Positions 1-8,440 of a stretch of DNA of 34,036 nucleotides are shown here, one piece after another. How positions within the stretch are numbered: position 1 is the stretch's first letter; every line of letters begins with the position of its first letter. The stretch lies in NCBI GenBank assembly GCA_964412315.1, contig CAYPON010000004.1:2180-36215 (forward strand), in the 5' to 3' direction. Below the pieces are notes generated by a model. It was not told where the DNA came from, did not search any database, and was given only the letters and a program-made list of their open reading frames with translations. The DNA comes from an uncultured Anaerolineae bacterium (lineage in GTDB: Bacteria > Chloroflexota > Anaerolineae > JAAYEA01). Both the position numbers and the translations under genes were made by a program.

Positions 1-1371
1 CTCTTCAGCACAGTAGATGAATTCAACACGTGGGTAAAAGATGGCGCCATTGACTTCCAGGCACGTCACGTCAACTTTGCCTACTATGACGAGTTCAAGG
101 CGAGCGAAACCAGCGGAGGCTATCAAGTCATGCTCGGCGTCAGCGCCAGTCATCTTGCCATCCAATTAAATCTGACGACAAGGATCGGGCGCCTGCGCGA
201 GTTCTTCCAGGATAGGAGGGTGAGGATAGCTCTCTCCCTGGCTGTGGATCGCGCCTATCTGAACACTCAGTTTTACAGAGGCTTGGTCACGCCGCGCCAG
301 TACAGCCCTCTCAGTATGTCGCCTCAGTATTATCCCACACTGTCAGATGCCTACATCACGTACGATGTTGCCCAGGCCAACAGCCTGCTAGACGAGGCCG
401 GCTACACCGCAAGAGACAACGAGGGCTTCCGTTTGTGGAAAGATGGTAGCCGCCAGAGGCTGAGTTTCACCATTGAAGGCACTGCCATGGCTGATTCCGT
501 AGAAGGACGGGCTGTACAACGGGTCATCCAGTACTATGCAGCCGTCGGCGTCGAGGCCGCCTACCGCTTTGTAGAGCGCGCCTTATATGAGAGCCATTGC
601 CGGGGCAATCAGATCGAAGCTGCTTGGTGGGGAGGAGACCGCACGGTATTGCCCATTGTCGCGCCAGGCATCTTCCTGGGCACACAGATCGATCGGCCGT
701 GGGCGTGCGGCTGGGGGCTGTGGCGTAATGACGCCAGCGATCCCAACGGCGAGAAGCCGCCGTCAGGCCACTGGATTTGGGACATCTGGGACATCTGGGA
801 TCAGATCGCGGTGCAACCGGACGAAAACCAGCGCAATCTTCTATTCCGCCAGATCCTGGATATATGGGCTACCGAGTTGCCCATGATCGGCTACCTGGGC
901 GAGCTTCCAAGGCTGGTCATCGTGAAGAACGGTTTTCACAACTACGTGGCTGGCTATCCGATCGATGACCCAACAGCGGACGAACACTTGTTGAATCCCG
1001 AAACCTATTTCTGGGACAGCAATCTTGCTCCGGCCCTGAGCGTCAACTACGCAACGGGCAGACCTGGCAGTTTCCTCACGGTGACGGGCGCGAGCTTCCC
1101 TCCGAACAGCACGGCCATGATCACGATCAACGGCTATGTGATTGGCACCCTACTCACAGATGCGTCCGGGCACGTTGAATTCGTGCTCAACACCAGTCAG
1201 GCCAACCTGGGATACTACGACGTAACCGTGAGTGTGAACCCCAGCGCGACCGCCAGTTTCCAACTGACACAAGACGAGCCACAACGCCCGAAAGAAAGCA
1301 GCGCTCCTGAACTCAACGTACCTGGGGGCATCGCCATCAACAAGGTCTATTTGCCGCTCGTCCGCCGGTAA
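1..1371 (+). CDS. ABC-transporter solute-binding protein, family 5 (peptide/oligosaccharide type), 5'-truncated by the window edge, with an appended C-terminal Ig-like domain
   Basis: Frame 1 is open from base 1 (LFSTVDEFNTWVKDGAIDFQARHVNFAYYDEF...) into the listed 130..1371 ORF, so the 5' end lies outside the window. The body (RIALSLAVDR, GYTARDNEGFRLWKDG, IEGT...) resembles the C-terminal lobe of family-5 SBPs. The last ~110 aa (SFLTVTGASFPPNSTAMITINGYVIGT...YYDVTVSV) look like an extra Ig/IPT-type beta-sandwich. Confidence 0.7.
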   Translation, partial: LFSTVDEFNTWVKDGAIDFQARHVNFAYYDEFKASETSGGYQVMLGVSASHLAIQLNLTTRIGRLREFFQDRRVRIALSLAVDRAYLNTQFYRGLVTPRQYSPLSMSPQYYPTLSDAYITYDVAQANSLLDEAGYTARDNEGFRLWKDGSRQRLSFTIEGTAMADSVEGRAVQRVIQYYAAVGVEAAYRFVERALYESHCRGNQIEAAWWGGDRTVLPIVAPGIFLGTQIDRPWACGWGLWRNDASDPNGEKPPSGHWIWDIWDIWDQIAVQPDENQRNLLFRQILDIWATELPMIGYLGELPRLVIVKNGFHNYVAGYPIDDPTADEHLLNPETYFWDSNLAPALSVNYATGRPGSFLTVTGASFPPNSTAMITINGYVIGTLLTDASGHVEFVLNTSQANLGYYDVTVSVNPSATASFQLTQDEPQRPKESSAPELNVPGGIAINKVYLPLVRR

Positions 1372-1461
1372 CCTGCGTTCGGCTAATGACGCGGCGATAG
1401 GGAGATGGGGAGACGGGGTGACACGGAGACGCAGTGAGCGGGAGGCAAGTGACTCTCCCCA

Positions 1462-2004
1462 TCACCCCATCCCTCTCTCTAATTCGCTGCACAATCTGCT
1501 CATCAGCGGCAGGGGCAGGCTCTGCCCACCGTCCACATAGATGATCTGGCCGGTGACGAACTCCGTTTCGTCGGAGACCAGGAAAGCCACCACTTGGGCG
1601 ACATCCACCGGAAAGCCCACTCTCCCCCAGGGCACCTCCCTGTCCATCTTGCCACGGTCGTATTGGAGATTGGTGACGTAATAGCGGGGCACCTCGATCA
1701 CGCCGGGGGCGATGCAATTGACATTGATGTGTTGCCTTGCCAACTCGAAGGCCATCTGGCGGGTCAGGTTGTGCAGCCCACCCTTGCTGGCGGCGTAGGC
1801 GGCGTTGCTGGGCAGGGAATGGGCGCCATGTACGGAGCCGATGTTGACGATCTTGCCGCCGCCGCGGGCGATCATGTACTTGATGGCAGCCTGCGAGCAA
1901 AAGAAGGCCGCTTTCAGATTGATGTCAAGGGTACGATCCCATAGGTTCCACGTTCCACAGCGAGCGTCGGTAAATGCGATGCCGCTTGTACCATTCCACG
2001 CCAA
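1462..2004 (-). pseudogene. N-terminally truncated short-chain dehydrogenase/reductase (SDR) remnant
   Basis: NIGSVHGAHSLPSNAAYAASKGGLHNLTRQMAFELARQHINVNCIAPGVIE...VAFLVSDETEFVTGQIIYVDGG is the catalytic and C-terminal part of a classical SDR, with Ser and YxxxK intact. Homology only starts at the NNAGI-equivalent (WNGTSGI). The Rossmann TGxxxGxG region (~85 aa) is absent. The listed start is a TTG, the frame closes 2 codons further upstream, and 1925..2004 is overlapped by the neighbouring gene's 3' end. Confidence 0.6.
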
Positions 2005-3073
2005 TAGCCGTCATGTCGCCCAGGCTTTTGGCGTTCTTCTCTTCGACCTGTACAATGTCAGCATGTTCAAAATGGAACTCTTTGATGCTCTTGGCTAGCT
2101 CGGTGAATAGTATGGCGTCACCGCCTACGCCCTGATGTCCAGGCAACAGGCCAAGCCCGTTACCGTTGACCCATTTCGTCCGCTTAAATTCCAGCAAAAG
2201 GTGAATCCAGCCAAATGGCCACAGCCGCCCTTTGATCCTTTGAATCGCTGCTGAAAGATCAGGGAAAGCGAAAGCAAAACCAATGATCTCATCGCCCTTC
2301 ATCACCAGCTTGATGAGACGCGGATCGGAGACCTGTGCCAGCCGCTCGGCAACGACCTGCAACTCTTCATCGGAAAGCGGAAAATACTCGTAATTGTCAA
2401 CAAAAGCGTCGTTGGCCACCCGGCCAATGCGTGGAATCCACTGGCGTAGCTCTTTCATGCTGGTGAAGGATTTTATGCGCAGGCCACGCCGCTCCTTGAT
2501 CTTTTCGGCGATGTCGAAGAAGCGTTGCGGTAGTTCATAGTCGCCGCGCAAATACCCGGACAGGAAATCCGTATCCTTCTCGAATCCCGAATCTCGCACA
2601 AAGGCATCGTAGTAGGCATAGTTGTATGGGATGCCCATGGCGGGTCGGTGCTCGAATCCTTCCACCAAAAGCCCCAGGCCATCTCCCTCCATGAAGCCGC
2701 GCGGGCCGATCATTTCGTTTAGCCCGCGGCTCCGCGCCCAATCGAAAGCAGCGTTAAAGAGGGCACGCGCCACTTTAATGTCCTCTACTGCATCGAAGAA
2801 GTAGAAGAAAGCAGTGCGGCGATGATGGTAGTCGTTATAGCTGCGGTGATCCAGCACGGCGATGCGTCCCAGAGTCTTTCCGTTGCTCTCGGCGACGAAA
2901 AAGTCGGCGACGGAATGGCGGTAAAAGGGATATTTCCTGCAGTTCAGGACCAGCTCCATGTCCGAGACAATGGGTGGCACCCATTGTGGGCAGTTGTGGT
3001 AGAGCTTGAAGGGAAAGTTGATGAATTGGCGAACATCCTGTCCCCGCTGGGTATCCAACTTACGGACTTGCAT
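1925..3073 (-). CDS. GNAT-fold N-acetyltransferase-like protein (uncharacterised ~380-aa family)
   Basis: 382-aa ORF with ATG at 3073 and GGAGGG 6 nt upstream. The N-terminal pattern (FINFPFKLY..CPQWVPP...K.PF..H....FFVAE..GK.LGRIAVLD) and the length fit a recurrent uncharacterised GNAT-like family. The assignment is from memory of the family, not a search. Confidence 0.6.
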   Translation of the reverse strand: MQVRKLDTQRGQDVRQFINFPFKLYHNCPQWVPPIVSDMELVLNCRKYPFYRHSVADFFVAESNGKTLGRIAVLDHRSYNDYHHRRTAFFYFFDAVEDIKVARALFNAAFDWARSRGLNEMIGPRGFMEGDGLGLLVEGFEHRPAMGIPYNYAYYDAFVRDSGFEKDTDFLSGYLRGDYELPQRFFDIAEKIKERRGLRIKSFTSMKELRQWIPRIGRVANDAFVDNYEYFPLSDEELQVVAERLAQVSDPRLIKLVMKGDEIIGFAFAFPDLSAAIQRIKGRLWPFGWIHLLLEFKRTKWVNGNGLGLLPGHQGVGGDAILFTELAKSIKEFHFEHADIVQVEEKNAKSLGDMTAIGVEWYKRHRIYRRSLWNVEPMGSYP

Positions 3074-3588
3074 ATTTGCCCTCCAGTCACTCTCTCCCTC
3101 AATTTTCCGAAGCCAGGTGAACGTTCCTGGCCTGCCGATAGCTTACACCAATTCGCTCAAGCTGTCGAATCACGGCCTCCGGACGATTGCATTCTCGCTG
3201 CGAAGCATCTGACTATACCCCATTTGACTTTTACACGAAACAGATTATCATATTAGTTAGTTGTAAAAAAGGAGGTAACAGTTATATGACGTTTCGTCTC
3301 CATGGTGGCTGACAAGAGTGGATGTATGCATTGATGAAATCTCTGTAATCTTGGGTGCGTAGGGAAAACCTTTTCACGTTCTCTGCTGTTTGATGAGGGG
3401 CAGCAAGCCACTTCAAACCTTTCATTATGAAATTCCTGTTATATAGATGCAGATAATTTTTCATATTCTGTTCATCATTTCGCGATATAATAGATAGTTG
3501 AAAAGGTATCTTTTTGTCTTTTTCCTGGCCTCAATGGGCCTGGGCATCTTGTAAGGCTTATTGCGCGGAGTAACCGCATGGGGGGGAA

Positions 3589-5973
3589 ATGACCGTTGCT
3601 GCCCAGAGGGTATCAGGAAAAGGTTCCCCGGCTCTCAGTAGCGACCTGGGCCGTTCTAAGGGGGGCTTTTCGGCCTGGCTCCTAAATGCCTCTTTGGCTT
3701 TGCATTCTGCTCGCTCCCTGGACGAGTGTCTCGACCTGACTCTCTGCCAGTTGGAGACGGTGCTTGATTACGATGCTGCCACGATCTCTTTCCTCGACGG
3801 GCGAACGTTGGTGACGGCTGCTGCGCGTACTTCTCCTGTGGAAGACAAAGAGACTCCCTTTTCTCTGACCGCTAATGATTACGCCGCTTTTGAACAGAGC
3901 GTCCGAGAGAGGCGACCATTGGTCATCTGGGACACCCATCGAGAGCCTTACTCCCTGGACGAAGGGATGCGGAGTTGGATGATCGCACCGTTGTTGGTGG
4001 GCGAGGAGGTTATCGGGCAACTGACGGTTTCCAGACGCGCGTCAGGACGCTATTCGGAGAGGGATGCTGAGTTACTCTCCTCTTTTGTCGCCCACGCCGC
4101 TATCGCGCTGGCCAATGCGCGTCGCAGTCAGGAGGAGAAAGGCCGAATAGAGGCCCTGGAATTCCAGGGGAAGCAGTTGCGTATACTGTTGGAGAACCTA
4201 CGCGACCTGGGGGCCGACCTAGACTTGCCCGTCCTTTTCCGTCAGGTAATGGCTAAAGCAGTCGAGACGATTCCAGATGCCCAGACGGGCCTCCTTTTTG
4301 TGCAGGATGAGGGGCGATTTGTTTGCAAGGGCGCGGCGGGCTACGAAGCCAACCTTCTGGGCGGGGTCTCTGTGCCCCTCGACTCCCTATTGGTTGATGC
4401 CGAGAAGGTGGACAAGGTGGTATGCGTCCATGACCTGGGAGCATGGAGGGAACGATTGCCGGCGGAGCTGCGGGAGCTTTTGGAGAGGGAAAGGCCAGCG
4501 CAGCGAGTCGCGGTGACCATGTCCGCTCCGATTTACCTGGCTGAGAAGTTGATTGGTGTCCTGAATTTGGAGAATTGGAGCTCGGCCACTGCCTTTGAAG
4601 GTATCGCGCGGGAAATCGCGCGGCTGTTCGCGGCACAGGCGGCTATCGCCATTGCCAACGCTTACCTGTATCGCATGGTACACGAATATGCGATAACCCT
4701 GGAAACGCGAGTGGAGGAGCGCACTGCGGAGATAAGGCGTGCTAAGGAGCGGAGCGAAGCGATTCTGCGTAGCGTCGCTGATGGGGTTATCGTGACCGAT
4801 CTCGAAGGAAACATCGTTGAGGCTAATCCGGTGGCCGAGGCTTGGTTGAACTTCCGGGATGGGGAGAAGACCCTGCCGAACACCGGGTTGCGCAAGTTCA
4901 TCCGAAATGTGAGCGCCGAGCATAGGAACCTGGCTTCTTCGATTATCGAGTTTCCGATTTATCGGCAGATAGCGGAAGGATCACCTGATGAGCTTGTTCA
5001 GTACCGAGACCTGGATTGCCCATTTTGTCAGTCAGCCGGGCCTTGCTGGTCCTATTACGAGGTGAGCGAGGAATCTCCCCCTAGCGAAAATGGCGCGGAG
5101 GAGCGTTGTCGCAGATGCGCATACTATGCCAAGTACCCCACCGTCGTTTTGCAGGCTCACGCTGCTATCATCGCTGGCGAGGAGCAACCGGCCGGTCGAG
5201 TTATCGTTCTGCGGGATATTTCCCGTCTGCGCGAGCTGGATCGTCTGAAATCCCAATTCGTCTCAAACGTGTCGCACGAGTTGCGCACGCCGCTTTCCAA
5301 TATCAAGCTTTATCTTTCTCTTTTGCAGAAGGGCCGCCCGGAGAGGCAAACGCAATACTTGCGGATTCTGGATGAGGAAGTGAACCGCCTGAGCGGGCTT
5401 ATTGAGGATCTTTTGGATCTCTCTCGGCTGGAGACCGGCGGCAGGCCGGTGGTACGAGAAGCACAGTATTGGGATGAGATCATCTGGCAGGTTTTGGGGA
5501 CCTATCGCCCACAGTTTGAGAGCAAGGGCCTGCTTTTGACCACCAAGTTGCCGCATGACGTGCCACCTGTCCATGCTGATCGCAATCAGATGATCCAGGT
5601 GTTGACCAACCTGCTCAGCAACGCGCTCAACTATACCCAGCCTGGAGGAAGGGTTTGGATTCGCACCGGTAGGTGGGACAATGGCGAACAGGAGTATGTA
5701 CTGTTGACCGTGCAGGATACGGGCATCGGTATCTCGGCCAAAGATCAGGAGCATATCTTTGATCGCTTCTATCGGGGGAGGGCAGAGACGCTGGGCATTC
5801 CGGGCACAGGCTTGGGGCTGACGATTGTGAAGGAAATTGTCGAGTCGCACGGTGGCTATGTCACTGTGAAGAGCGAGGAAGGGAAAGGAAGCAAGTTCAC
5901 CGTTTACCTTCCAGCTTACAGGGGACCTGACAATAGCCGGGGCGCGGCTCCTGGCGCCGGTGGTGAAAGCTGA
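3589..5973 (+). CDS. soluble sensor histidine kinase (GAF-GAF-PAS-HisKA-HATPase_c)
   Basis: 794 aa with no obvious TM segment. There are two GAF-like regions (about aa 40-175 and 200-365) and a PAS-like segment (RSEAILRSVADGVIVTDLEGNIVEANPVAEAWL). Kinase motifs are H-box SHELRTPLSNI, N-box LLSNALNYT, G1 DTGIGI and G2 GTGLGLTIVKEIV. Confidence 0.9.
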   Translation: MTVAAQRVSGKGSPALSSDLGRSKGGFSAWLLNASLALHSARSLDECLDLTLCQLETVLDYDAATISFLDGRTLVTAAARTSPVEDKETPFSLTANDYAAFEQSVRERRPLVIWDTHREPYSLDEGMRSWMIAPLLVGEEVIGQLTVSRRASGRYSERDAELLSSFVAHAAIALANARRSQEEKGRIEALEFQGKQLRILLENLRDLGADLDLPVLFRQVMAKAVETIPDAQTGLLFVQDEGRFVCKGAAGYEANLLGGVSVPLDSLLVDAEKVDKVVCVHDLGAWRERLPAELRELLERERPAQRVAVTMSAPIYLAEKLIGVLNLENWSSATAFEGIAREIARLFAAQAAIAIANAYLYRMVHEYAITLETRVEERTAEIRRAKERSEAILRSVADGVIVTDLEGNIVEANPVAEAWLNFRDGEKTLPNTGLRKFIRNVSAEHRNLASSIIEFPIYRQIAEGSPDELVQYRDLDCPFCQSAGPCWSYYEVSEESPPSENGAEERCRRCAYYAKYPTVVLQAHAAIIAGEEQPAGRVIVLRDISRLRELDRLKSQFVSNVSHELRTPLSNIKLYLSLLQKGRPERQTQYLRILDEEVNRLSGLIEDLLDLSRLETGGRPVVREAQYWDEIIWQVLGTYRPQFESKGLLLTTKLPHDVPPVHADRNQMIQVLTNLLSNALNYTQPGGRVWIRTGRWDNGEQEYVLLTVQDTGIGISAKDQEHIFDRFYRGRAETLGIPGTGLGLTIVKEIVESHGGYVTVKSEEGKGSKFTVYLPAYRGPDNSRGAAPGAGGES

Positions 5974-7130
5974 TGACGATTGTACTATCTGATGAGGAGA
6001 CCAAGGAGAGCAGTGCGTTGTCCTGTCCGAGGATTTTGGTGGTTGAAGACGATCTTGCCCTGTTAGATGGTATCCGGGACGTTTTGGAACTGGCTGACTA
6101 CGAGGTCATCACGGCTACCAACGGCGCGGAGGCGCTTTCTGTCATGGGAAAGGAGCCTCCCGACCTGGTTATCTCAGACATCATGATGCCTCAGATGGAT
6201 GGCCTGCAGCTTTGCGAGCGCGTTCGCCAGGACTTCCGATGGGCCATGCTCCCCTTTATCTTTCTCACAGCGAAAAGTCAGAAGGCGGATGTACGTCAAG
6301 GGATGGGCGTCGGCGCGGATGACTATTTGACCAAGCCCTTTGAGATGGAGGACCTTCTGAGCGCGGTGGCATCGCGCCTGCAACGGGCGAGGAGCATTAA
6401 GGCGGAAACAATGGAGCGATTGGCGCACTTGCGCGAAGACATCTTGCGTAAGCTGGGCCATGAGCTTCGTACCCCTCTCACTTTTATCAAGGGGTATACG
6501 GAGCTTTTAGTGGAATCCGCTTCTGAGGTCAAGGCGGATGATTGGGAGGTGTCTCTCCAGGCGATCAAGGCGGGCAGCGACCGCCTAAGCGCCTTGGTCG
6601 AGGACCTTGTCTTTTTGGCGGGCCTGGAAACGGGCGAGGCTGCAGCGATCTACGAACGGGAAAAGGAGAGACTGAATCTCGTCAAGCTTGTTCGCGATGT
6701 GCTAGCTTCATTACAAGAAGTCGCGGCTGGCCAGAATACGATCCTTGTGGATGATCTCCGTTCTAGCTTGCCGATAGTCATCGGCCACCGCGCTTTCCTG
6801 GCAGATGCTCTCCGGCGCATCCTGGAAAATGCCTTCAAGTTCGCCGGAAGCCACGATAGGCGCGTGGTGGTCTCCGGCGATGTGCGGGCGAACGAGGTGC
6901 ATATAGATGTTGCAGATAACGGCGTGGGAATAGCAGAGAACGAACTTCCCCATGTCTTTGACAAGTTCTATCAGGTCAACCGCGAGAAAATGGAGCAGCG
7001 GGGAGTAGGGCTGGGCTTGCCCATTGTCAAAGTGATCATGGAGATGCATGGAGGCCGCGTCGAAGTACAAAGCAAATTAGGCCAGGGAAGTGTTTTCACC
7101 CTCGTGTTACCGCTGCCATCAGTCTCATGA
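5973..7130 (+). CDS. hybrid response regulator / histidine kinase (REC-HisKA-HATPase_c)
   Basis: TGATG overlap with the upstream kinase (stop 5971..5973, ATG 5973..5975). REC motifs are ILVVEDD, DLVISDIMMPQMDG and LTAKS. These are followed by H-box GHELRTPLTFIKGY, ILENAFKF, DNGVGI and GVGLGLPIVK. Confidence 0.9.
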   Translation: MTIVLSDEETKESSALSCPRILVVEDDLALLDGIRDVLELADYEVITATNGAEALSVMGKEPPDLVISDIMMPQMDGLQLCERVRQDFRWAMLPFIFLTAKSQKADVRQGMGVGADDYLTKPFEMEDLLSAVASRLQRARSIKAETMERLAHLREDILRKLGHELRTPLTFIKGYTELLVESASEVKADDWEVSLQAIKAGSDRLSALVEDLVFLAGLETGEAAAIYEREKERLNLVKLVRDVLASLQEVAAGQNTILVDDLRSSLPIVIGHRAFLADALRRILENAFKFAGSHDRRVVVSGDVRANEVHIDVADNGVGIAENELPHVFDKFYQVNREKMEQRGVGLGLPIVKVIMEMHGGRVEVQSKLGQGSVFTLVLPLPSVS

Positions 7131-7199
7131 TGCTGTTGGCGATTAACATACGGTGCAGTTCGCTGCCAATATCTCCCTCTTCGCTCTTGCTGGACTGTT

Positions 7200-7234
7200 G
7201 CGATGTACGCGCGCCCTCCCTGCGCGTACATCGC
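7200..7234. terminator. hairpin between convergent genes (candidate bidirectional terminator)
   Basis: Perfect 13-bp inverted repeat GCGATGTACGCGC (7200..7212) / GCGCGTACATCGC (7222..7234) with a 9-nt loop. It lies between genes ending at 7130 (+) and 7298 (-). No clear U-tract on either side. Confidence 0.45.
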
Positions 7235-7297
7235 CGTCCAGCAAGGAAGGCGCGGATGTAGCAATCCAAACCGAGCGCGACCGCCTTCGATGGGGCA

Positions 7298-8101
7298 CTA
7301 TGGCCTGGAGCACTTGGCCTCCCAGAAACAAGGTGGGATGATTGAAGCTAGCTTGTCACGCCAAGTGGCCCCCACTATGTTAACGAGATCCGCAATCGCC
7401 TTGCTGAGCGGTATCCTCAGAGAATCGGCCTCTTTTGCCAGGTGTTCGGTCAAGTAACTGTAAACATCCCCCACTGTGAAACCGGGCAGACCGTCCAAGA
7501 TGCGGTCACCCTGCAAGCCGGATACGACAGGACCGTACATGTTTTGCCACCAGTCCGCCACCGCTTCGGGGAAAAGAAAGAGGTGTCCCCGTGTTTGTTC
7601 CAGGTAACGGTGATGTCCCCGGATTTGCTGGAGCAGGAGCGGATACCGGCCAGGGAAAGTCAGGTGGATCTCGGTCAGACCCGTGCGGTATATGAACTCG
7701 TCGCGCTCGCGGCGCAGAAGGCCATCCAGAGTGCTGGTTGGGAGTAGATACTCGGTGATGCGTCCCTCCAGATGCGTCAGGCGCAATTCCTTGGCTGCCG
7801 TGACCTCTGCTTGGCCCTCCACGAGGTAGAGATCGCTGCCCAGCTTGTAGAGGCGAAGGGGTGGAATCGGTTCCCCTTTCCTTAAGCGACGCTTGGTCTG
7901 CGCCACTGCTTTTTTCCATCCACCCTGGCGTTTCCTCCTCTCATCCTGGCAGCGTGCGGCAACGCCCACGATCTGCGCCAGAGGAACTTGGCTGAGGCCG
8001 AGGTCGAAAGCGTACAGATTTCCCCCCTGCCGGATGTACTCCTCTTCAAAGCATTTGAGTTTGGGAGTTTTTCGGAAAAGGCGGTTAAATAGTCCTTGCA
8101 T
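7298..8101 (-). CDS. hypothetical protein with ParB/sulfiredoxin-like N-terminal domain
   Basis: The ORF track gives 7298..8197, but 8115..8197 overlaps the cupin gene. ATG at 8101 (MQGLFNRLF) sits 13 nt after the cupin stop with GGAG 9 nt upstream. VPLAQIVG...PIPPLRLYKLGSDLYLVEGQAEVTAAKELRLTHLEGRI resembles the ParB N-terminal fold. The C-terminal half is uncharacterised (possibly DUF4032-like, unverified). Confidence 0.55.
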   Translation of the reverse strand: MQGLFNRLFRKTPKLKCFEEEYIRQGGNLYAFDLGLSQVPLAQIVGVAARCQDERRKRQGGWKKAVAQTKRRLRKGEPIPPLRLYKLGSDLYLVEGQAEVTAAKELRLTHLEGRITEYLLPTSTLDGLLRRERDEFIYRTGLTEIHLTFPGRYPLLLQQIRGHHRYLEQTRGHLFLFPEAVADWWQNMYGPVVSGLQGDRILDGLPGFTVGDVYSYLTEHLAKEADSLRIPLSKAIADLVNIVGATWRDKLASIIPPCFWEAKCSRP

Positions 8102-8114
8102 CCATCGCCACTCC

Positions 8115-8438
8115 TCAACTACGATAGTCTTCCCGCACCGGATGAAAGACATCGAGGGTATAGGTTCGGGTGATCGCCCTGCCGGAGTGGAGGGCATTGG
8201 AAGGCACGATCACCACAGATCGTGGGCCCAGGCGTCTCGTCTCACTGCCCACGGTGAACTCGAACTCGCCCTCGATGATGTTAGTAATCTGCTCATGGGG
8301 ATGGGAATGCTCTCGCAGCGGTGCGCCGGCCTCGAAAACCCAATGCGCTACCGTCATGTGCTCCGAATGTACAAAGTGCCCTTGGCATCCGGGGCTGAGC
8401 TCCCTCGGTGGGAGTTCATCGAGTTTGAGTAGCTTCAT
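8115..8438 (-). CDS. cupin domain protein
   Basis: Two-motif cupin signature HSHPHEQITNIIEGEFEF ... VVIVPSNALHSG. ATG 8438 (MKLLKLDE) is preceded by AGGAGG and lies 2 nt after the epimerase stop. The longer track start (8468) would overlap the upstream gene. Confidence 0.8.
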   Translation of the reverse strand: MKLLKLDELPPRELSPGCQGHFVHSEHMTVAHWVFEAGAPLREHSHPHEQITNIIEGEFEFTVGSETRRLGPRSVVIVPSNALHSGRAITRTYTLDVFHPVREDYRS

Positions 8439-8440
8439 TA

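Noticed and set aside
1404-1463. GATGGGGAGA / TCTCCCCATC 10-bp inverted repeat in the GGGGAGA/GGGGTGA-rich spacer between the SBP gene and the SDR remnant
   Set aside because: The 40-nt loop has no supporting internal pairing that I could find, and the 3' arm overlaps the SDR stop codon. It may be a degenerate repeat or a weak terminator, but the evidence is insufficient.
3282-3464. 60-aa ORF (MKNYLHLYNRNF...) in the AT-rich spacer
   Set aside because: It has no SD upstream. The codon usage is unlike the rest of the window and there is no recognisable motif. It overlaps the better-supported SD plus mini-ORF on the other strand. Treated as non-coding spacer.
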